In this document: one piece after another, positions 53,741 through 58,091 of the stretch
How the letters are laid out: every line of letters begins with the position of its first letter
Numbering within the stretch: the first letter of the stretch is position 1
DNA from: Verrucomicrobiota bacterium
GTDB lineage: Bacteria > Verrucomicrobiota > Verrucomicrobiia > Limisphaerales > JADLHS01
Direction of reading: 5' to 3'
Assembly (NCBI GenBank): GCA_025350905.1
Contig: JANXWY010000202.1
Location: forward strand, 1-58,091
Length of the DNA stretch: 58,091 nt
Made by a program: the position numbers and the translations under genes
Notes under the pieces: model-generated
Told to the model about the DNA's origin: nothing
The model's input: the letters and a program-made list of their open reading frames with translations, nothing else
Database searches by the model: none

Positions 53741-55681
53741 ATGATTTCCATGATTATGACCCGAAAATTGTGTTACCTCGCCCTGCTGGTCGCCCTGACC
53801 TTCGCGCCGGGCGCGTCCGCCGCGATCCCGCCCGCCGAACAAATCCTGCCGGTGGAAACGCTCTTCGTTTTCAGCGCGCCGGACTGGCGGCAACTGCGCG
53901 CTGCGTACCAGAAGTCGGCTCCCAGTCAGCTGTGGAATGACCCGGCGATGAAACCCTTTCGCGAAAAATTTGTCACCAAGTGGAGCGAGGAATTCGTCCA
54001 GCCACTGGAGCGCGACCTGGGCGTGAAGTTGGACGATTACAGCGCCTTGCTGCAGGGCCAGTTCACGCTCGCGGTCACGCAGGACGGCTGGCAGGGGACG
54101 GAGAAGAATGATGGCGAACCGGCGTTTCTGTTCCTGCTCGATGCCCGGGAGCAGGGCGATTTGTTGAAAAAGAATTTGGCGGACCTCCGCCGGAAATGGG
54201 CCGAGGCGGGCAAACCCATCCGAACCGAAAAAATTCGCGACGTGGATTTTGCCATCGTCTCCCTCAACACGAATGACATGCCGAAAACCCTCCGGCAATT
54301 TTTCCCGCAGCGGCAGCCGGTCGAAGAGCTCGGCACGGTCGCCGCGAAACCGATGGCGCAAGCCGAGCTGATCCTCGGCCAGTATCAGTCGCTGCTGCTC
54401 GTCAGCAGTTCCCTCAAGGCCCTGGAAAAGGCCATGGCCCGCCTGGCCGGCGGGACCGCGCCCGCGCTGGCGGAGGACGCAGTGTTTGCCGCGAATCAGC
54501 TCGCCGTCTTCCGCGATGCCCCTGCTTTTGCCTGGTTCAACGCCCGCCTGGTCTTCGACCTGGTCCTACGCCGACCGGACGAGAAACCGAACCCGGCCGC
54601 TCCCAATCCCCTGCCCCTGCCGCCTCTGGGCAAAATCCTTTCCGCGACCGGATTAAAAGGTTTGCAGAGTGCGGCGTTGGCGTTCCGCAATCCGGGCGAC
54701 GGCTCGCAGATGGACTTTTTCCTTGGCGCCTCCGAAGCCGGGCGGGAAGGCCTGCTCAAACTGCTCGCCCTGGAAGTGAAGGATTCAAACCCGCCGGCCT
54801 TTGTCCCGGCGGATGCGATCAAATTCCAGCGCGCGCGGCTTAATTTTCCCAAGACCATCGCCACCTTGGAAAAAATGCTCAACGATTTTTCACCCACCGC
54901 CCTCAACACTTGGAATTTCATCCTGAGCAATGGCAATGAAGCCGCGAAGCTGGATGATCCCGATTATGACATCCGCAAAAATCTGTTCGGCAATTTGGGT
55001 GACGATCTGATTACCTACGAAAAAGCCCCGCGCCCCAGCACCACCGGCGCCACCAGCGGGCCGGCGGTGTATCTGATTGGCTCGCCGGACGCCGAAAAAC
55101 TGGCGGCCGCGCTGAAGGGTTTGCTCGTCATCCTCTCACCGGAAGGTCGCACGCCGGAGAGCCGTGAGTTTCTGGGCAAGAAGATTTTGAGTGTGAAACT
55201 CACGGCGTTACCGATTGGCGGCGGGGCCGGGCCGCGCACCTTGTCCTATGTGGCCAGCGGCGGCTACCTGGCCCTCAGCACCGATGCGGCCATGCTGGAA
55301 GAATATCTCCGCAGCACCGAGACTCCGCCCAAACCCCTGCGCGAGCTACCGGGCCTGGCCGAGGCCGCTCAAAAAGTCGGCGGCCAGAACACCGGCTGGT
55401 TCGGTTATGAGAATCAGAATGAAAGCGCCCGACAGTTATTCGTCACACTGAAACAAAGTGCGGGCGAGACCAACCGCACCCCGACCAATCCGCTCACCAC
55501 TGCCATCCCTTTTGCCGGGCCCCAAAAGTCGTTTCAAGAATGGATGGATTTCTCCCTGCTACCCAGCTTTGACTTGGTGGCGAAGTATTTCAGTTTCACC
55601 GTTTATTCCGGCAGCGCGAACGTGGATGGGATCCGGTTCCGCTATTTTTCTCCCGCCCCGCCGGAACCCAAAGCCAATTAA
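53741..55681 (+). CDS. hypothetical secreted protein
   Basis: The ATG at 53741 gives a signal-like MISMIMTRKLCYLALLVALTFAPGASA. An alternative ATG at 53648 overlaps the protease stop (ATGA). I recognise no motif. Confidence 0.6.
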   Translation: MISMIMTRKLCYLALLVALTFAPGASAAIPPAEQILPVETLFVFSAPDWRQLRAAYQKSAPSQLWNDPAMKPFREKFVTKWSEEFVQPLERDLGVKLDDYSALLQGQFTLAVTQDGWQGTEKNDGEPAFLFLLDAREQGDLLKKNLADLRRKWAEAGKPIRTEKIRDVDFAIVSLNTNDMPKTLRQFFPQRQPVEELGTVAAKPMAQAELILGQYQSLLLVSSSLKALEKAMARLAGGTAPALAEDAVFAANQLAVFRDAPAFAWFNARLVFDLVLRRPDEKPNPAAPNPLPLPPLGKILSATGLKGLQSAALAFRNPGDGSQMDFFLGASEAGREGLLKLLALEVKDSNPPAFVPADAIKFQRARLNFPKTIATLEKMLNDFSPTALNTWNFILSNGNEAAKLDDPDYDIRKNLFGNLGDDLITYEKAPRPSTTGATSGPAVYLIGSPDAEKLAAALKGLLVILSPEGRTPESREFLGKKILSVKLTALPIGGGAGPRTLSYVASGGYLALSTDAAMLEEYLRSTETPPKPLRELPGLAEAAQKVGGQNTGWFGYENQNESARQLFVTLKQSAGETNRTPTNPLTTAIPFAGPQKSFQEWMDFSLLPSFDLVAKYFSFTVYSGSANVDGIRFRYFSPAPPEPKAN

Positions 55682-55701
55682 GCTCGTAAACGCTAACCAC
55701 C

Positions 55702-56370
55702 ATGAAAGAATTCGGTGAAAAGGCACTCGTCGTCGCCGGGCTTTTGGCCGTCACCGCTGCAAGCGCTTTCTGCCAAGGCACGATTTACACATCGCGCCCA
55801 GCGTTCGAAGCCGCGCTCAGTTCAAGCACCACGATCACTTTTGAAGACCTCCCGCCGAATAACCAGCCTTTAGGTGAGTCCAGCATAACCTCTTCCGGAG
55901 TCACGTTCTCAAACCCTGGGGCGCTCTTATTCATCACAGACCCCGGCGGGCTTTATCCGGTTCCTGGCACCGGAAGGTACCTATGCCATTTCGATGGAGG
56001 CTATCCGGTGGATATTTTGCTCCCGGGGGGAGTGACGGCGTTTGGGGCGGATTTTTCTGGAGGCATCGCACCCTCACTATCGCTTAACGCCACGCTGACG
56101 GTAAATCTGACCGATGGTGCGTCCTACGTTTACAACTTCTCCGGTCCTCTCAATTCGTGGACTTTCTTTGGCGTGAGTTTTCCGCAGTCGATCTTCAACC
56201 TGGTTTATCGGGACGCCGGACCTCCGGATGGTGGGTTGGGTGGCCCACTTCACGAAGAGAAGCTGGACAATGTCACCTTCGGCCCCATACCCGAGCCAAG
56301 TGGGCTTGGTTTGTTCGCTCCTGGTGGCTTGTTGCTCGGCGGGCAGTGGTGGAGAAAAGTGGGAAAGTGA
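55702..56370 (+). CDS. PEP-CTERM sorting-signal protein
   Basis: An N-terminal signal is present. The C-terminus PIPEPSGLGLFAPGGLLLGGQWWRKVGK shows the PEP motif, a TM helix and a basic tail. Confidence 0.75.
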   Translation: MKEFGEKALVVAGLLAVTAASAFCQGTIYTSRPAFEAALSSSTTITFEDLPPNNQPLGESSITSSGVTFSNPGALLFITDPGGLYPVPGTGRYLCHFDGGYPVDILLPGGVTAFGADFSGGIAPSLSLNATLTVNLTDGASYVYNFSGPLNSWTFFGVSFPQSIFNLVYRDAGPPDGGLGGPLHEEKLDNVTFGPIPEPSGLGLFAPGGLLLGGQWWRKVGK

Positions 56371-56527
56371 TGTTCGGGTTTAAATTTTCCACACTGACCA
56401 GTGCGTTGGATGGTCGCATCATTTCCCAAACCACCCTGCCACCGGGGTCGTTTTGGCAGTCCAGGAAAACGCGGTGTAGGTTTGAGCCGGAAGGCCGCTC
56501 CCACTACTCGCAGCGTCAGAATCGAAC

Positions 56528-57745
56528 TCAGCCGATAAACGCCGCGTGAACGGCTCGCACCGCCTGTTCCCCTTTCGCTAGGTCAATCACCACCGAGATC
56601 TTGATTTCGCTCGTGGAGATCATGCCGATGTTCACGCCTTCCTTCGCCAGCGTGTCGAACATTTTCCCGGCGACACCGGTGTGGCTCTTCATGCCCACGC
56701 CCACGATCGAGAGCTTGCCGATTTTTTCGTCGGTCAAAACTTCCTGGAAGCCGATCTCCGCCTTCAAGCCGTCGATCACCTGGCGCGCCTTGAGCAAATC
56801 CGGCTTGTCGACAGTGAAAGAGAGGTCCGTGGCGGGAGTCCCGCGACCGTGACTGATGTTTTGCACGATCATGTCCACGTTGACGTTTGCGTCGCCGACG
56901 GCTTTGAAAATGCGCGCCGCCACTCCGGGTTTGTCCGGCACGGCCACGAGCGTCACCTTGGCCTGATTCTTGTCGAGCGAGACGCCGCGAATCACGACGT
57001 CCTCCATGCTTTTGGTTTCTTCTTTCACAATCGTTCCGGGGTTGTCGTTCAAACTCGAACGGACTTCAAACACCACGCCAAATTTCTTGGCAAATTCGAC
57101 CGAGCGCGACTGCATCACCTTGGCGCCGAGGCTGGCGAGTTCCAGCATTTCATCGTAGGAAATTTCCGCCAGCTTCTTCGCGGTCGGCACGATGCGCGGG
57201 TCGGCGGTATAAACTCCGTCCACATCCGTGTAAATCTGGCAGAGATCCGCCTTGAGCGCCGCGGCCAGGGCAATGGCGGTCAAATCCGAACCGCCGCGCC
57301 CCAGCGTCGTGATCTGGCCGTCCTTCGTCTCGCCCTGAAAGCCGGCCACGATGACGACATTCCCCGCGTCGAGGGCGTCGTGAACCTGCTTGGGCGTGAT
57401 GTTATGAATCCGGGCCTTGGTATGGACGCCGTCCGTCACGATGCCCGCCTGCGCGCCGGTCATGGACACGGCCGGAATGTTAACCGCATGCAGCGCGATG
57501 GCCGTGAGCGCAATAGTCTGCTGCTCGCCGGTGGCCAGCAGCATGTCCATCTCGCGCTCGCTCGGCAGGGGTGCGATGTCCTTGGCGAGCTTGATGAGCC
57601 CATCGGTCACGCCGCTCATGGCCGAAACGACCACGACGATTTGATCGCCTTGGGCGCGATACTTCGCCACGCGCGCGGCGACATTCTTAATCCGGTCGGT
57701 GTTCCCGACCGAAGTCCCGCCGTATTTCTGAACGATCAAAGCCAT
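56528..57745 (-). CDS. lysC: aspartate kinase
   Basis: From the ATG at 57745 it reads [26 protein letters not shown]. It has the amino-acid-kinase core and two C-terminal ACT-like repeats ([18 protein letters not shown] and [19 protein letters not shown]). Confidence 0.92.
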   Translation of the reverse strand: MALIVQKYGGTSVGNTDRIKNVAARVAKYRAQGDQIVVVVSAMSGVTDGLIKLAKDIAPLPSEREMDMLLATGEQQTIALTAIALHAVNIPAVSMTGAQAGIVTDGVHTKARIHNITPKQVHDALDAGNVVIVAGFQGETKDGQITTLGRGGSDLTAIALAAALKADLCQIYTDVDGVYTADPRIVPTAKKLAEISYDEMLELASLGAKVMQSRSVEFAKKFGVVFEVRSSLNDNPGTIVKEETKSMEDVVIRGVSLDKNQAKVTLVAVPDKPGVAARIFKAVGDANVNVDMIVQNISHGRGTPATDLSFTVDKPDLLKARQVIDGLKAEIGFQEVLTDEKIGKLSIVGVGMKSHTGVAGKMFDTLAKEGVNIGMISTSEIKISVVIDLAKGEQAVRAVHAAFIG

Positions 57746-57813
57746 GTTGTTTCCAAGGAAATCTTCCGCCGGAATCAGGCGGGACGTTGAGGATGCCAGA
57801 ACTTCGTCGGCAA

Positions 57814-58091
57814 TCAAGTAGCTGTGTGACGCGCTAGCAGGTAGGCGCGGAACTTTTCATAATCCGCGCCCATGCGGTCGAAATCTTCCGGCAATTTCAG
57901 CGAGGCCAGCATATTCGTCGGCACATCCGGCGCCCAGCCCACGACTTTCTCAACCTCTTCGGGAAATTTCGCCGGGTTGGCGGTTTCGACGATGACTGCC
58001 GGTGAATTACCGAGCGGTTCCGCGGCGTTCCAGTCTTGAAAACCCTGCCAAGCGACCGAGCCGTGCGGTTCCAGCAACAGTTGAAAATTGT
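57814..58091 (-). CDS. thrC: threonine synthase, C-terminal part (continues beyond window end)
   Basis: The frame is open to the window edge. [12 protein letters not shown]...[20 protein letters not shown]...LPEDF parallels the ThrC C-terminus (EPHGAVA...TAHPAKF). Confidence 0.75.
   Translation of the reverse strand, partial: NFQLLLEPHGSVAWQGFQDWNAAEPLGNSPAVIVETANPAKFPEEVEKVVGWAPDVPTNMLASLKLPEDFDRMGADYEKFRAYLLARHTAT

Overview
58-kb window of a high-GC bacterial chromosome. My spot counts on single 60-nt lines give about 60-70% GC in core genes. A PEP-CTERM protein, a DUF2339 membrane protein, TMTC-like and GT39 glycosyltransferases and many GC-rich palindromic repeats suggest a Verrucomicrobiota/PVC-type organism; that assignment is inference only.

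Most of the window is housekeeping: guaB (5' partial), pyc, yebC, folA, trpF, mtnA, tRNA-Val, purB, pilT-like ATPase, plsC, an HtrA-like protease, lysC and thrC (partial). There are also envelope and glycosylation genes.

An accessory stretch runs from about 31.7 to 46.4 kb. It contains:
- a same-strand block of a SWIM-SNF2 ATPase plus unknown proteins, one carrying a SEC-C motif
- a complete Type III R-M (mod/res)
- an intact IS4-family element with a target-site duplication
- a truncated zeta-toxin-like gene plus a 52-aa partner ORF that is missing from the ORF track
- a low-GC membrane-protein cargo gene
- three diverged direct copies of the purB 3' end, which mark serial integration at that site

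Several palindromic repeats are inserted in frame inside protein-coding genes (a beta-propeller protein, mod, GT39), reminiscent of Rickettsia palindromic elements.

I saw no rRNA, CRISPR array, integrase or reverse transcriptase. All coordinates, alignments and GC values were derived by hand from the printed sequence. No database search was possible, so family names rest on motifs I recognise.
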